Shown here: in pieces, positions 11,246 to 22,000 of the stretch
How the letters are laid out: every line of letters begins with the position of its first letter
How positions within the stretch are numbered: position 1 is the stretch's first letter
Position numbers and translations under genes: made by a program
Assembly: GCA_014360335.1 (NCBI GenBank)
Contig: JACIXS010000055.1
Span: forward strand, 9,582-73,581
DNA: 64,000 nucleotides
Direction: 5' to 3'
Source: a bacterium
Lineage (GTDB): Bacteria; DUMJ01
The notes under the pieces: generated by a model
Seen by the model: only the letters and a program-made list of their open reading frames with translations
What the model was told of the DNA's origin: nothing
The model's database searches: none

Positions 11246-12253
11246 CTATCTATACCTGATTCTAGGGTCAAACAGTGGATAGATTAGGTCTATTATCAAA
11301 ACCCCAGTAGCTATACCTATTATGGAGAGTAATGTAATTCCCATCAGAAGGTTATAGTCTCCCCTACTTACACTATTGTATAGAAGAGTTCCTAGCCCTG
11401 GATAGGCAAATACCTGTTCTGTGATAAGTGCACCACTAAAGATCTGTCCTAGGGATAGTGCTAGACCTGTTATCTGTGGTAGCAATGCATTCCTTATTGT
11501 ATACCGGAATACAATCTCTCTATCGGATATCCCACCTACCTGGGCGTATAATACGTAGTCTTCTCTAACTATGTTTGAGACTAATAGTCTCATAGTCATA
11601 AACCATACACTACTACCAACTAAAACTAAAGAGAGTGCTGGTAAAAAGGCATGTCTTACTATGTCTAGTAAAAGGTCTAATGTAAGGTGCAATTCCCTTC
11701 CAACGGATAGTCCTCCCCCTACTGGAAAGATTGGGAATGCAAAGGCAAATATAATTAATAAACCTAAGGCTACTATATAATAGGGAACAGGCCTTATAAC
11801 CATAGCTACCCCTTCTAATACTCTCGCCCATCTCTGATTACTGAAATATCCAGCTAGTCCCCCTAGAATATTCCCTATAACCCAGGATAGAGTAGTTGTA
11901 AGAAGTAGCAGAACTGTTGTCCATGGTAGAGAGATCCTTATAAGATCCATTACAGGTGTTGGGAACTGAGCGAATGATGGACCGAAGTCTCCTTTAAAGA
12001 GACGCTTCCAAAATGCTATGTACTGTTCAAATAACGTCCCCTTCAGTCCATATAGTTCTTTTAGCGTTTCCCTTAACTTTTCCACCGCTTCTGGGTCTAT
12101 ATAGGTTCCCTGTAGTGCAACTAATTCAAGGGTCTTCTGGACAGGGTCTGTAGGCATAAGCCTTGGGACTACAAATACTACAGTTGTCCCTATAAGTATG
12201 ACTACTATATACTGTATAATTCTTGGTAATAAGTAACTTTTAAAGAAGAGCAC
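11246..12253 (-). CDS. ABC transporter permease, OppB-like
   Basis: 335-aa multi-TM permease of the BPD transporter family, the first permease of the operon. Confidence 0.85.
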   Translation of the reverse strand: MLFFKSYLLPRIIQYIVVILIGTTVVFVVPRLMPTDPVQKTLELVALQGTYIDPEAVEKLRETLKELYGLKGTLFEQYIAFWKRLFKGDFGPSFAQFPTPVMDLIRISLPWTTVLLLLTTTLSWVIGNILGGLAGYFSNQRWARVLEGVAMVIRPVPYYIVALGLLIIFAFAFPIFPVGGGLSVGRELHLTLDLLLDIVRHAFLPALSLVLVGSSVWFMTMRLLVSNIVREDYVLYAQVGGISDREIVFRYTIRNALLPQITGLALSLGQIFSGALITEQVFAYPGLGTLLYNSVSRGDYNLLMGITLLSIIGIATGVLIIDLIYPLFDPRIRYR

Positions 12254-12277
12254 CTATAGCACCTCCGTTAAGTATTT

Positions 12278-12302
12278 AGGGACCCCTTATTAAGGGGTCC
12301 CT
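12278..12302 (-). other. intra-operon perfect palindrome / RNA stem-loop between the binding-protein gene and the first permease gene
   Basis: AGGGACCCCTTA-T-TAAGGGGTCCCT forms a 12-bp perfect inverted repeat. It lies directly after the binding-protein stop and has no following U-tract, so it is more likely a transcript-stabilising or attenuating hairpin than a full terminator. Confidence 0.5.
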
Positions 12303-12313
12303 AAATAAGTTTA

Positions 12314-14224
12314 TCACTTTCTTCCAGTTGGCTTTAAGAATGGTAACATAAATTTAAAGTTAGGCCAATGATGGTATGGCTGTTGATAAGGATTTTCTCC
12401 TCCTGGATAATTCGTCCAGTAATACTCGTCCCAACCTACCACTCCAGGATAACCAAATGTAGGTATAGATGGCATTTCAGCCGTTGCTATCTTTAGACCC
12501 TCTATACCTAGCTTGATAAGGTTAGGATCGTCAAACGCTGTCTTCTCCATCTCGTCTATAATAGCATCAAGCCTCTTATCTGACCACCTACTTACAAATC
12601 CAGGACCACCTATAGCCATTTCTCCAAGTGGTTTTACATATTTTGATCTCCAAGCAACAAATGTTCTGTATAGGTCAGGGTGTCCACCCCACGGCTCCTG
12701 GGCAGGCCATGTAGTTCCTGCTTCGTAGTCTCCTCTCTGAATTATTGTTCCAGCTAGGTCTGAAGTCTGAACCTCTACATCTATACCAAACTTTCTCCAC
12801 TGTTGAGAAACAGCAAAAGCATTTCTATAGCCTGGAGTAGCTGGATTGGTTCCAGTCATTATAGTTATTTTCCAAGGTTTGCCATCAGGGAGTAACCATT
12901 TACCATCGGGTCCCCTCTTAAATCCTTGTCTCTCTAGGAGCTTCTCTGCCACATCAGGTGCATACTTCCACCATCCGTATCCAAATATCTCCTTTATCTT
13001 ATTCTCTGGCGGAACTGGGTATCCTCTCTTCTTGCAGTATTCTGCTAGTCTATACGGTGCAGAGGGATCGAACGGCTTGAATGGCTTTCCATCCACTTGG
13101 ATATCTAGAGTAAAGTTCTTAAGCCATGACTCCATAGGCCTATAGTACCATCTGTGGTATACTGGAGTTGGAGGTATAAGTAGAGCTCCCATCGTAGCTG
13201 CTCCATCAAATGCTATCCCTATCGTCTCTACTATATCTATGGATAATGTTAATGCCCACCTTACATCCCTTATATTGAATGGGAATTTCAGAGTATTTAA
13301 AACTATCCCCGTTATACATGGGTCTATGTTCACTACCCAAGGGAATTCCTTTCTATAGCTTCTTCCGTAAGGGTTCTGCTGAAGCATTGCCCTGAGTGTC
13401 TCTGTGGTAAGGTCGCACATATCTAATTCATGTCTTACCTGTGCCATAACCTTCTTTTCAGGTGGCCCATAGTAGATGTAAAGGACATACTTGGGCTTTG
13501 GCATACCAAATAACTTCCCAGTAGTTGTCCTATTCCAGTCTTTCCTTCTCTCCCAGAGTCTCCAATATCCAGCGGGGTCAACATCCTTTAGTACATATGG
13601 ACCTAGGCTTATGGGTGGATAGAAGTCAAAGGTCTTTGGGTCCTTAACCTTCTCAAAGATATGCTTTGGCATAAAACGACAAGCGCCCCATCTATCTAAG
13701 AAATATGAATGGAATCTAGAGTTCGGCTGTTTGAGATGGAAGACTACAGTATACTTATCAGGCTTTTCCATCTTGTCTACGTACATATTGAATTCGGTGT
13801 TATAGGACATCCCTGGATTATTCTTTAGCGTTTCTACTGTAAATATCACATCGTCAGCGGTAAACTCTACACCGTCACTCCAGTATATTCCACTTCTTAG
13901 TTTTACAGTCATCTGGGTAAAGTCTTTGTTATAGATTGGTGGTTCTTTAGCTAAGACATTAAGGATTCTACCTTTAGCATACTCTACCATCCACAGGGGT
14001 TCTAACATAAGTTGTTGGATTCCAGAGTCTGTTCCAGCACTTACACCAATTACCCATGGATTGAATCTTTTAGGGTTTATAATCCTACCACCTAAGATAT
14101 CGACTATTAATGTTTCCTCCCTTGGAATCTGTGGAGCTACCTGGGTAAAGGCTATTGGTATACTTCCCAGAATAAAGCTACAAACTATTAAACTTACAAA
14201 CAATACCTTTAGAAACTGCTTCAT
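12314..14224 (-). CDS. ABC transporter substrate-binding protein, family 5 (Opp-type; probably oligosaccharide-binding)
   Basis: 636-aa protein with an N-terminal signal/lipoprotein-like segment and SBP family-5 architecture. It is co-operonic with GH5/GH3 and LacI. Confidence 0.85.
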   Translation of the reverse strand: MKQFLKVLFVSLIVCSFILGSIPIAFTQVAPQIPREETLIVDILGGRIINPKRFNPWVIGVSAGTDSGIQQLMLEPLWMVEYAKGRILNVLAKEPPIYNKDFTQMTVKLRSGIYWSDGVEFTADDVIFTVETLKNNPGMSYNTEFNMYVDKMEKPDKYTVVFHLKQPNSRFHSYFLDRWGACRFMPKHIFEKVKDPKTFDFYPPISLGPYVLKDVDPAGYWRLWERRKDWNRTTTGKLFGMPKPKYVLYIYYGPPEKKVMAQVRHELDMCDLTTETLRAMLQQNPYGRSYRKEFPWVVNIDPCITGIVLNTLKFPFNIRDVRWALTLSIDIVETIGIAFDGAATMGALLIPPTPVYHRWYYRPMESWLKNFTLDIQVDGKPFKPFDPSAPYRLAEYCKKRGYPVPPENKIKEIFGYGWWKYAPDVAEKLLERQGFKRGPDGKWLLPDGKPWKITIMTGTNPATPGYRNAFAVSQQWRKFGIDVEVQTSDLAGTIIQRGDYEAGTTWPAQEPWGGHPDLYRTFVAWRSKYVKPLGEMAIGGPGFVSRWSDKRLDAIIDEMEKTAFDDPNLIKLGIEGLKIATAEMPSIPTFGYPGVVGWDEYYWTNYPGGENPYQQPYHHWPNFKFMLPFLKPTGRK

Positions 14225-14316
14225 AATATGTCCCTCCTCTTCATTAATTTTTTACAGATAATTACCAAGTTACCTCATCAATATTTAGATATCCATCCCC
14301 CTCAGGTTGATTCTTC

Positions 14317-15336
14317 TCACCTCCTCTCTGCTACAGATTCTCTTATCATTAAACTGGCCCTTAGGATTCTGGGCTCAATTACTAGATTTCCACTCTCTAA
14401 TAGTTTAATTAACATCTCTGCTCCCTCTTTCCCTACATCATATAATGGTTGACGCACTGTGGTAAGTGGGGGTTCAGATAGTTCAGCTGCTTGAATGTCA
14501 TCAAATCCTATAAATGAAATATCTTGTGGGATATGATAACCCTTTTCTTTGGCTACTTGCATAGCGGTTATAGCCATGTTGTCATTAGCTACAAAGACAG
14601 CTGTCGGAAGAGGTTTTACTTTTAAAAGTTTTTCCATAGCCTGAGCTCCGCTTCTTTTGTGATAATCTCCTTCTACTATGTATTCCTCCCTTATGGAGAG
14701 ATTGTATTTTTTGAGTGCGTCAATGTATGCCTTGAGTCTTAATTGGGCATGTTCATGATTTTGGGGACCTGATATATGTGCTATATTTCTGTGTCCAGCC
14801 CGTATTAAATACTCTACCGCATCAAACGCCCCTTGGTAATGATTTACTGTTACATAATTTCTTTCAAATCCTAATATACTCCCATCTAACACAATAAAAG
14901 GTTTCTTATGGTCTAGAAGGGGTAAAATTTCTTCGACTGTTATTCCCCAGTGTGAGAGTATTAGTATTCCATTGTAATCTAAACAGAAATCTATTAGCCT
15001 TTTCTTCCTTTCAGAGATTCTATCAGGACCAATCTCTCCACAGATATCTAAAAGGACAGCGTAATTATCGTCTCTTAATCTATCTATGACACCTTCTATT
15101 AGAGACATATAAAATCCGCCCATATGACTATTAGAATCTACAAAGGCGATAAGAGGTATGTCTGATACTGATCTTCTATCGATGGGGTATCCTAATTCAG
15201 ATGCTATTTCTAAGATTTTCTTTCTTGTTGAATCGCTTAGCCTCCCTTTCCCCGAAAGGGCTAAAGATGCAGTTGCGTATGATACCCCAGCCTTTTCTGC
15301 TATGTGTTTTAGGGTAACCTTTGTCTTATTAGCCAT
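14317..15336 (-). CDS. LacI-family transcriptional regulator
   Basis: N-terminal HTH (VTLKHIAEKAGVSYATASLALSG) plus a periplasmic-binding-protein-like sugar-binding core. Confidence 0.9.
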   Translation of the reverse strand: MANKTKVTLKHIAEKAGVSYATASLALSGKGRLSDSTRKKILEIASELGYPIDRRSVSDIPLIAFVDSNSHMGGFYMSLIEGVIDRLRDDNYAVLLDICGEIGPDRISERKKRLIDFCLDYNGILILSHWGITVEEILPLLDHKKPFIVLDGSILGFERNYVTVNHYQGAFDAVEYLIRAGHRNIAHISGPQNHEHAQLRLKAYIDALKKYNLSIREEYIVEGDYHKRSGAQAMEKLLKVKPLPTAVFVANDNMAITAMQVAKEKGYHIPQDISFIGFDDIQAAELSEPPLTTVRQPLYDVGKEGAEMLIKLLESGNLVIEPRILRASLMIRESVAERR

Positions 15337-15503
15337 AGCTAAACCATTAATCTAAAACATTTAATAAAAATTTATCACAATATATTTACCCCTGTCAAGG
15401 GGTTTGGGAAAATTTTAGGAGGATGTAGGAGTTTTCTCTCTGTTATATGTTATAATTGAATAGACATAATTGACTCTTAGCAAGAAAGAGGTGAATATAT
15501 AGG

Positions 15504-16790
15504 ATGTATAAGTTGTTATATATTGTACTGGATGGGCTAGGGGATAGACCCTGTAAGGAGTTAGATGGTAAGACTCCTTTAGAATCTGCTGATACTCCTA
15601 ATATGGATGATTTAGCTAGAAAGGGAAAGACTGGCTTAGTAGATACTGTAGGACCGGGGATAGCCCCAGAGTCAGATATCGCAGTTATTAGTATTCTTGG
15701 TTACGATGCAGAGAAATACTATACAGGGAGAGGTCCATTAGAGTGCTTTGCAGTTGGCATTGATGTCCAGCCAGGAGACCTAGCATTTAGAGTGAACTTT
15801 GCTACTATGGATGAGAATAGATATCTTACAGATAGAAGGGCAGGGAGAGACCTAACTACTGAAGAGGCGAGAGCTTTGGCTGAAGAGGTAAATAGTAAGG
15901 TAAAGTTAACGAGTCATCCTGCAGAATTTAAATTTGTAAGTACTGTTGGGCATAGAGGAGTCCTTTGGATAAGATGTAAGGAAGGTCCACTTTCTGCCAA
16001 TATTACAAATACTGACCCTGCGTATGATAAGATTGGATATTTTGGGGTAGCTAAGGAGAAATTTGAACCTTACCTTCAGGTTTGTAAGCCCTTAGACAAT
16101 AGTATAGAGGCTAAGAGAGCTGCCGACCTGACCAATGAATTTGTAGAGAAGAGCCATATTGTTCTAAATAATGCAGAGGTAAACCTGAGAAGAAGATCTC
16201 AGGGAAAGATGATGGGGAATGTCATCCTTACTCGAGATGCAGGCGATAAACTTCCTCAATTCCCTAATATAAAGGAATTATTTGGGTTAAACTTTGCCTG
16301 CTTTGCTGAAATGCCAGTAGAGATGGGAATAGCTATGCTTACTGGGATGAATATAGTAGAGCTACCAGAACCTACCGGTGATCCCAAGGTGGATTATCCT
16401 TTAAGGGCAGAGAAGGCTATAGAGTATATGGACCGTTACGATGCACTTTATATACATCTAAAGGGTCCAGATGTCCCAGGACATGATGGAAAGGCTATTG
16501 AAAAGAGGGATAGCATCTCTGCAATAGATAAATACTTCTTTGGGAATTTATTACCTAGGATAAACCTTTCTAAGGTTGTTATAGCTGTTACTGCGGACCA
16601 TTCTACTCCCTGCTCTTTAAAGGCACACTCCGATGACCCTGTGCCTCTACTGGTAGCTGGAGCAGAGATAGAGAGTGATGGGACCAAAGCATTTTCTGAG
16701 AAGGATTGCTCTAGGGGTTCCTTAGGTAGATTACTTGGGAATCAGTTAATGCCTTTATTCATTGAATTGGTTAGGAAAGGAGAAGATTAA
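15504..16790 (+). CDS. apgM: 2,3-bisphosphoglycerate-independent phosphoglycerate mutase, archaeal type
   Basis: 428-aa metalloenzyme-superfamily protein with a typical apgM N-terminus (LLYIVLDGLGDRP) and the conserved DHSTP segment. Confidence 0.85.
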   Translation: MYKLLYIVLDGLGDRPCKELDGKTPLESADTPNMDDLARKGKTGLVDTVGPGIAPESDIAVISILGYDAEKYYTGRGPLECFAVGIDVQPGDLAFRVNFATMDENRYLTDRRAGRDLTTEEARALAEEVNSKVKLTSHPAEFKFVSTVGHRGVLWIRCKEGPLSANITNTDPAYDKIGYFGVAKEKFEPYLQVCKPLDNSIEAKRAADLTNEFVEKSHIVLNNAEVNLRRRSQGKMMGNVILTRDAGDKLPQFPNIKELFGLNFACFAEMPVEMGIAMLTGMNIVELPEPTGDPKVDYPLRAEKAIEYMDRYDALYIHLKGPDVPGHDGKAIEKRDSISAIDKYFFGNLLPRINLSKVVIAVTADHSTPCSLKAHSDDPVPLLVAGAEIESDGTKAFSEKDCSRGSLGRLLGNQLMPLFIELVRKGED

Positions 16791-16801
16791 TATAGCAAAG
16801 T

Positions 16802-17875
16802 ATGAAAGGGTTAGTTAGAGATTATATAGATGTAGGGAGAAATGACCCCTGTCCGTGTGGAAGCGGTAAGAAATTTAAAAAGTGTTGTCTTCCTTCTTAT
16901 GAAGAGTCTTTGGAGGTAAATTTCCTAAAATTTTCCCTGTATTACAAGATTACTTATCATTCATTTACCAACTATAGAGATGCATTTAAGGATACCGCAG
17001 GGAAGTTTGATAGAGGTGACCTTGCCTCAGCTGAAAGTTTTGATGACCTAATCAGAAATAAATCTGATTGGGAAGAGGTTTTGGATTGGTTTATATTTAA
17101 TGAGTATGTAGCTAAGGGAAAGACTCCACTACAGCTATTTTTAGAGGAAAATATTGCTACGGAGAAGGAAAAAAGTCTTTTAAAAAGATTCTATGGGACT
17201 TATTGGTCGGTATATGAGGTAAGAGATGTCACTAAAAAGTTGGGTAAGGCTAGACTTATAGACCTCTTGACTGGTAAAGAGTATCTCGTATTTGATGAGA
17301 ATATAGAGCCTCTTTCTGGTGGTGAGGTAGCCTTTGGTAGAATTGTCCCGCACGATAACTTCTATTTCCTGGGTTATGTTTTCTTCCCTTGGTTAGTGAG
17401 TAAGCCAGAAGGGTTAGAAGACTTCTTAGGTCAATTTTTAGCCCCATTCTTAGAAGATAAGATTCCTGTAGAGGATGTCCTTCGTAATTATGGATACCGG
17501 CTATATATCTATATAAATAGTATATACCAGCATAGAGAAGAAGAACCTAGGATTAAAATTTCTGAGTATGAGATAAAAGACCTCAATAGAGTGACTAGTG
17601 TATTACAGTTATCACCTTTCTTTGTTAAAAGAGAGGATAATCCTAGGGGAAAGATATTTGTCTGTGTTAGAAATCCTAGAACCGATATCCTGCTCGGTAA
17701 TCAGATAATCCTTCCTAATGAGGAAGAATCAGGGGAAGATTTAGAATTGGGTGTAGTTAGAATCTATGATGATACCTTAGATATCTTGGCTTTAGATAGC
17801 AAAAGGTTAGAAGCAGTAAGGTCTCTAGTAGAAGAGCTTTTAGAGGATAGTATAGTTCTAAGAGAATCTGGGTAA
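16802..17875 (+). CDS. SEC-C metal-binding motif protein (N-terminal SecA-tail-like zinc motif + uncharacterised ~330-aa domain)
   Basis: Residues 13-30 ([18 protein letters not shown]) are nearly identical to the C-terminal tail of the SecA encoded downstream ([18 protein letters not shown]). The remainder is unassigned. Confidence 0.7.
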   Translation: MKGLVRDYIDVGRNDPCPCGSGKKFKKCCLPSYEESLEVNFLKFSLYYKITYHSFTNYRDAFKDTAGKFDRGDLASAESFDDLIRNKSDWEEVLDWFIFNEYVAKGKTPLQLFLEENIATEKEKSLLKRFYGTYWSVYEVRDVTKKLGKARLIDLLTGKEYLVFDENIEPLSGGEVAFGRIVPHDNFYFLGYVFFPWLVSKPEGLEDFLGQFLAPFLEDKIPVEDVLRNYGYRLYIYINSIYQHREEEPRIKISEYEIKDLNRVTSVLQLSPFFVKREDNPRGKIFVCVRNPRTDILLGNQIILPNEEESGEDLELGVVRIYDDTLDILALDSKRLEAVRSLVEELLEDSIVLRESG

Positions 17876-17879
17876 TTTT

Positions 17880-19037
17880 ATGGCAGAGGTAAAACCTTTT
17901 ATAGGGCTTACTTACAATAGAGATATGATAGATAGATTAGAGGATGTGATATCTCCCCCATATGATATCATTTCTCCTGAGCTTCAGAGAAATCTTTACA
18001 GTAAGCATCCCTACAACATAGTTAGATTGGAACTACCATTAGGTGAAGATGAAAAAAAGTATATAGACGCAGATAAGACGCTTAGGCTTTGGATAGAGAA
18101 TAAGATTCTAGTCCCTAGTAAGAAGCCATCTTACTATTTTTACGAAGAAAAATATACTTTAGAGGGGAAAGAGAGAGTCTTAGAGGGTTTCTTTGGTATC
18201 GTAAAGGTCGAATCTTTTGAGAAGAGAGTTATCCTTCCACATGAGTTTACATTTCCAAAGCCTAAGGAAGATAGGTTTAATCTTTTAAGATATACTAGGT
18301 CAAATGTAAGTCCCATATTAGGGATATATTTTGATGAGGCAGGTATTGGTAGAGAGATATGGGAGTACGTTAAGTTAAAAGAGCCATTGTTTTCTTCAGA
18401 TAGATTCAAGATATGGGCTGTAGATGATAGGTTAGAAGATATTACGAACTTCTTTAGAGATAGGATAGTACTTATAGCAGATGGGCATCATAGGTATGAA
18501 ACAGCATTAAGGTATAGAGAGTTAATGGAGGTAAAGTTTGGTAAGCCAGGACCTTACAGCTATGTGATGATGTTTTTGGTTGATGCCTATAGCGGAGGGT
18601 TAAGTTTGCTACCTACACATAGGGTTTTAAAAGGCGTTTCTAAGGATTTCGAAAATATGCTGAAGGCTTCTTTTTCTTTGGAGAAGACTGACTTGATAGA
18701 GATAACCCAAGATGAGCACTTGGTTTACTATTATAAGAGGGGGGAACTTTTTAAGTTTAGAACTGAGAAGCTTAATGTTATCTCTTTACACGAGTTTCTA
18801 GATAGCTTTGACGATTTTTCTATCACCTATTCTCACAGCTTAGAAGAGGCGATATCTTTAGTTGATGGTGGAAACTATGATCTGGCGTTTATTGTTAACC
18901 CTCCATCAATGGATACACTGAGGAATATTGTAGAGAGAGGAGATAGGTTACCTCAGAAGACGACTTATTTTTATCCCAAGATAGGAGCTGGGTTAGTTAT
19001 ATATAATCATAATTTAAATAACGGGGAGATGAGATAG
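17880..19037 (+). CDS. DUF1015-family protein (uncharacterised conserved protein)
   Basis: 385 aa. Segments such as ISPPYDIIS and LIADGHHRYETAL match the DUF1015 family as I recall it. It is 4 nt after the SEC-C gene and 1 nt before the next gene. Confidence 0.55.
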   Translation: MAEVKPFIGLTYNRDMIDRLEDVISPPYDIISPELQRNLYSKHPYNIVRLELPLGEDEKKYIDADKTLRLWIENKILVPSKKPSYYFYEEKYTLEGKERVLEGFFGIVKVESFEKRVILPHEFTFPKPKEDRFNLLRYTRSNVSPILGIYFDEAGIGREIWEYVKLKEPLFSSDRFKIWAVDDRLEDITNFFRDRIVLIADGHHRYETALRYRELMEVKFGKPGPYSYVMMFLVDAYSGGLSLLPTHRVLKGVSKDFENMLKASFSLEKTDLIEITQDEHLVYYYKRGELFKFRTEKLNVISLHEFLDSFDDFSITYSHSLEEAISLVDGGNYDLAFIVNPPSMDTLRNIVERGDRLPQKTTYFYPKIGAGLVIYNHNLNNGEMR

Positions 19038-19038
19038 A

Positions 19039-22000
19039 ATGTATAGTTTAAGAAGTCGAATCTTGGCATTATTGATAGTATTTTTCTTCTTCCTTCCATC
19101 TGTATCTTTTACCCAAGAGGTAAAGTCAAGACTTGTCCTAGAAACTGCTAATCCTTTGGAGCTAGAGGGATGGGATTCTTGGATAAGAGGGGATAATGTA
19201 AAAGGTATAGAGAGTTGGGAGAAGGTAATATTAGAGAATCCCAATAGCTACTCTTCTTTGAGCTATTGGTATCTTTTAAGTGACCTATATGATGAAGAAG
19301 GATTGTATAAATCTTCTCTATCTTTTATAGATAAGATGCTTAATGAAACAAAGAATCCTACTTTACTTTCTTCTCTTTATTGGGAGAAGATACAAGACCT
19401 ACTGAAACTTGGTAATTATGATTCCACAAAGGAATATATATCTAAACTTGGCTTAATTAGTGATTGGCTTATAATAGGACCGTTTGATAATGTGGGTGGC
19501 TCTGGATTCTACAAGGTATTTCCTCCAGAGGAAGAGATAGACCTTAGTAAAGTCTATACTGGTAAAAATGGGATGGAGGTGAAATGGTTTCCGAGTAAGA
19601 CTACCTTTGGAATTATGAAACTTGGAAATCTGTTGTATCCTTCAGATGCTGTGACTGCCTACGCACTTACATTCGTTTACAGTGATTCCGAGCAAGAAGT
19701 ATTTATAAGGTCTGGTAGTACTGGCGCCTTAACCATCTGGCTAAACGATACTAAGGTCTTGTCTCAAGACATATATAGGAATATCTATATAGACCAGGAT
19801 ATAGTAAAGGTCAAGCTCAACAAGGGTTGGAATAAGCTCTTACTGAAGGTTTGTGAGGATAATGGACTCTGGCAGTTTATCCTTAGGATTACTGATGAGA
19901 ATGGTAATTCTATTCCTAGTCTAAAGTATTCTCTAGAACCAAAGGAGATTAAAAAGGGAACTGAATTTGTGCTTGTAGAAGATACTATACCACAGGATTA
20001 TTGGTCATTGGTTCATTCGGGTATAATTTATAGAAAGAGAGGACTCTGGGATAAAGCAGAAAAGAGCCTCCTTAAGGCTTTAGATATTTCAGATACTATC
20101 CTTCCCCGTTATTTTCTCGGTTTAACCTATCTGGATGAAGGTAAGACTGATGAAGGTATTAGTGAGTTAAGAAAGGTCATAGCATCTGAGCCAGAATTCG
20201 TTAGAGCTTACGTGGACCTCGGTTGGAATAGGTATGACAAAGGGTTGTACGAAGAGGCTATTCAACTATTCCAAGAAGGGTTAAGGTATGGTAGGAATTA
20301 TTCTCAGCTCTATGCGTATCTATCTTGGACCTACCTTATGAAGGGTTGGGTCAAGGATGCAGAGGATACCATAACTGAATCGTTAAAGGTAAACCCTTCG
20401 CACCCACTCAGTTATTATGTCCTTGGACTCATATATGAAAGAAGAGGATGGTATAATGAGGCAATCAGTACATATAGAAAACTATTAGAAATAAACAATG
20501 CGTTTTATAGTGCCTTTAGTAATTTGAGGTCCATATATAGAAATACTGGTAATTATAATGAAGCTATTCTGATGACAAAAGAGAGATTGGAGAGAGAACC
20601 TCATAATATCAATCTCTACTTAGACCTTGTAGACCTATATATGAGGTCTAAGATGTTTAGTGAAGCTATTACACTGTTAGAGAATACTATCGAGATATCC
20701 CCCTATCATCCTGATATATATGAGTATATTGGGAATCTCTATTATGAGTTAGGACAGAGAGAAAAGGCTTTTCTATATTGGGAAAAAGCCTTAGAGATAG
20801 AACCGGGCAACATATCTCTTAAGGATTATTTAAGCTTTCTTAAAGAGGAGACTTATACGCTTGCGGATGTATCTAAGCTCATTACTAATACCCCTACTCA
20901 GAAGGACTATCCGGATGCATCAGCTATAATAATTCTCGATAGTGCGGAAAGGATTATAAAGCCAGATGGAACATCTTCCCTAACTTATCACAAGGTAATC
21001 AAAATACTAAACGAGAGGGGAAGAGAGACTTACGGAGAGGTATATATACCTTACAGTCTCTTCGGCGAGAGGGTAAAGATTCTGAAAGCTAGGACGATAA
21101 AGCCCGACGGAACAGAGGTAGAAGCTACCGCTATACATGATGTTTCTCTGGCTGAAGGTTATCATCTATACTCGGACGCTATGGCTAAGGTTATATCTAT
21201 GCCATCACTTGAGAATAATGCAATCATAGAGTATGCGTATACTATAGACGACCTTGGAAGAGGACCGTTAGGAAAGCATTTTCAAGATGAATTCCTCTTT
21301 CAGGACTTTGATCCAATGATGATCTCTAGATATACCTTAGTAGTTCCTAAGGGGACGAAGTTTTACTACAAAATGTATAATGGAGAACTAGAACCTGAGG
21401 TTGAAGAGAAGGGTAATACTGTGGTATATACCTGGGAGATGAGGAATACACCACAGATTATTCAGGAAAATTATATGCCTCCTTTGGCTGATGTAGCTCC
21501 CAGATTAGAGATAACTACATTTAAGGATTGGCAGGAGGTTGCCAGTTGGTACTATGATATAGCCAATCCTAGGACAAAGCCTGACGATGCTATAAAGGCT
21601 AAGGTGATTGAGCTCACTAAGGATAAAGAGACTCTTGAAGATAAGGCTAAAGCAATATATTACTTTGTGGCAAATGATATCAGATATGTTGGTTTAGAGT
21701 ATGGTATAAGAGGTCTTATGCCACATCAGGCTAGCGAGGTATTCAAGTATAAATATGGAGATTGTAAAGATAAGGCAACATTATTGATCTCGATGTATAG
21801 AGAGTTAGGTATACCTGCCTACTATGTTTTAGTAAGAACTAGGTATAGGGGTGCTTTACCTTTAGATTCTCCTGGATTTCAATTTGACCATGCGATATGC
21901 GCTATAAAGCTTAACGACAAGCTTTATTTCCTCGATGGAACCGCTGAAGATACACGTTTTGGTTACATTCCTTCTATGGATCAGGGAACGAAGGCTTTAC

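Noticed and set aside
15337-15503. Classical LacI-family operator (CG-centred 14-20-bp palindrome) in the lacI/apgM divergent region
   Set aside because: No CG dinucleotide occurs anywhere in this 167-bp region. Only the ACCCCT/AGGGGT palindrome is symmetric, and it is reported separately as a lower-confidence candidate.
19014-19244. 76-aa minus-strand ORF spanning the DUF1015/TPR gene junction
   Set aside because: It overlaps the ends of two tightly coupled plus-strand genes and has no SD-like sequence or motif, so it is a probable spurious ORF.
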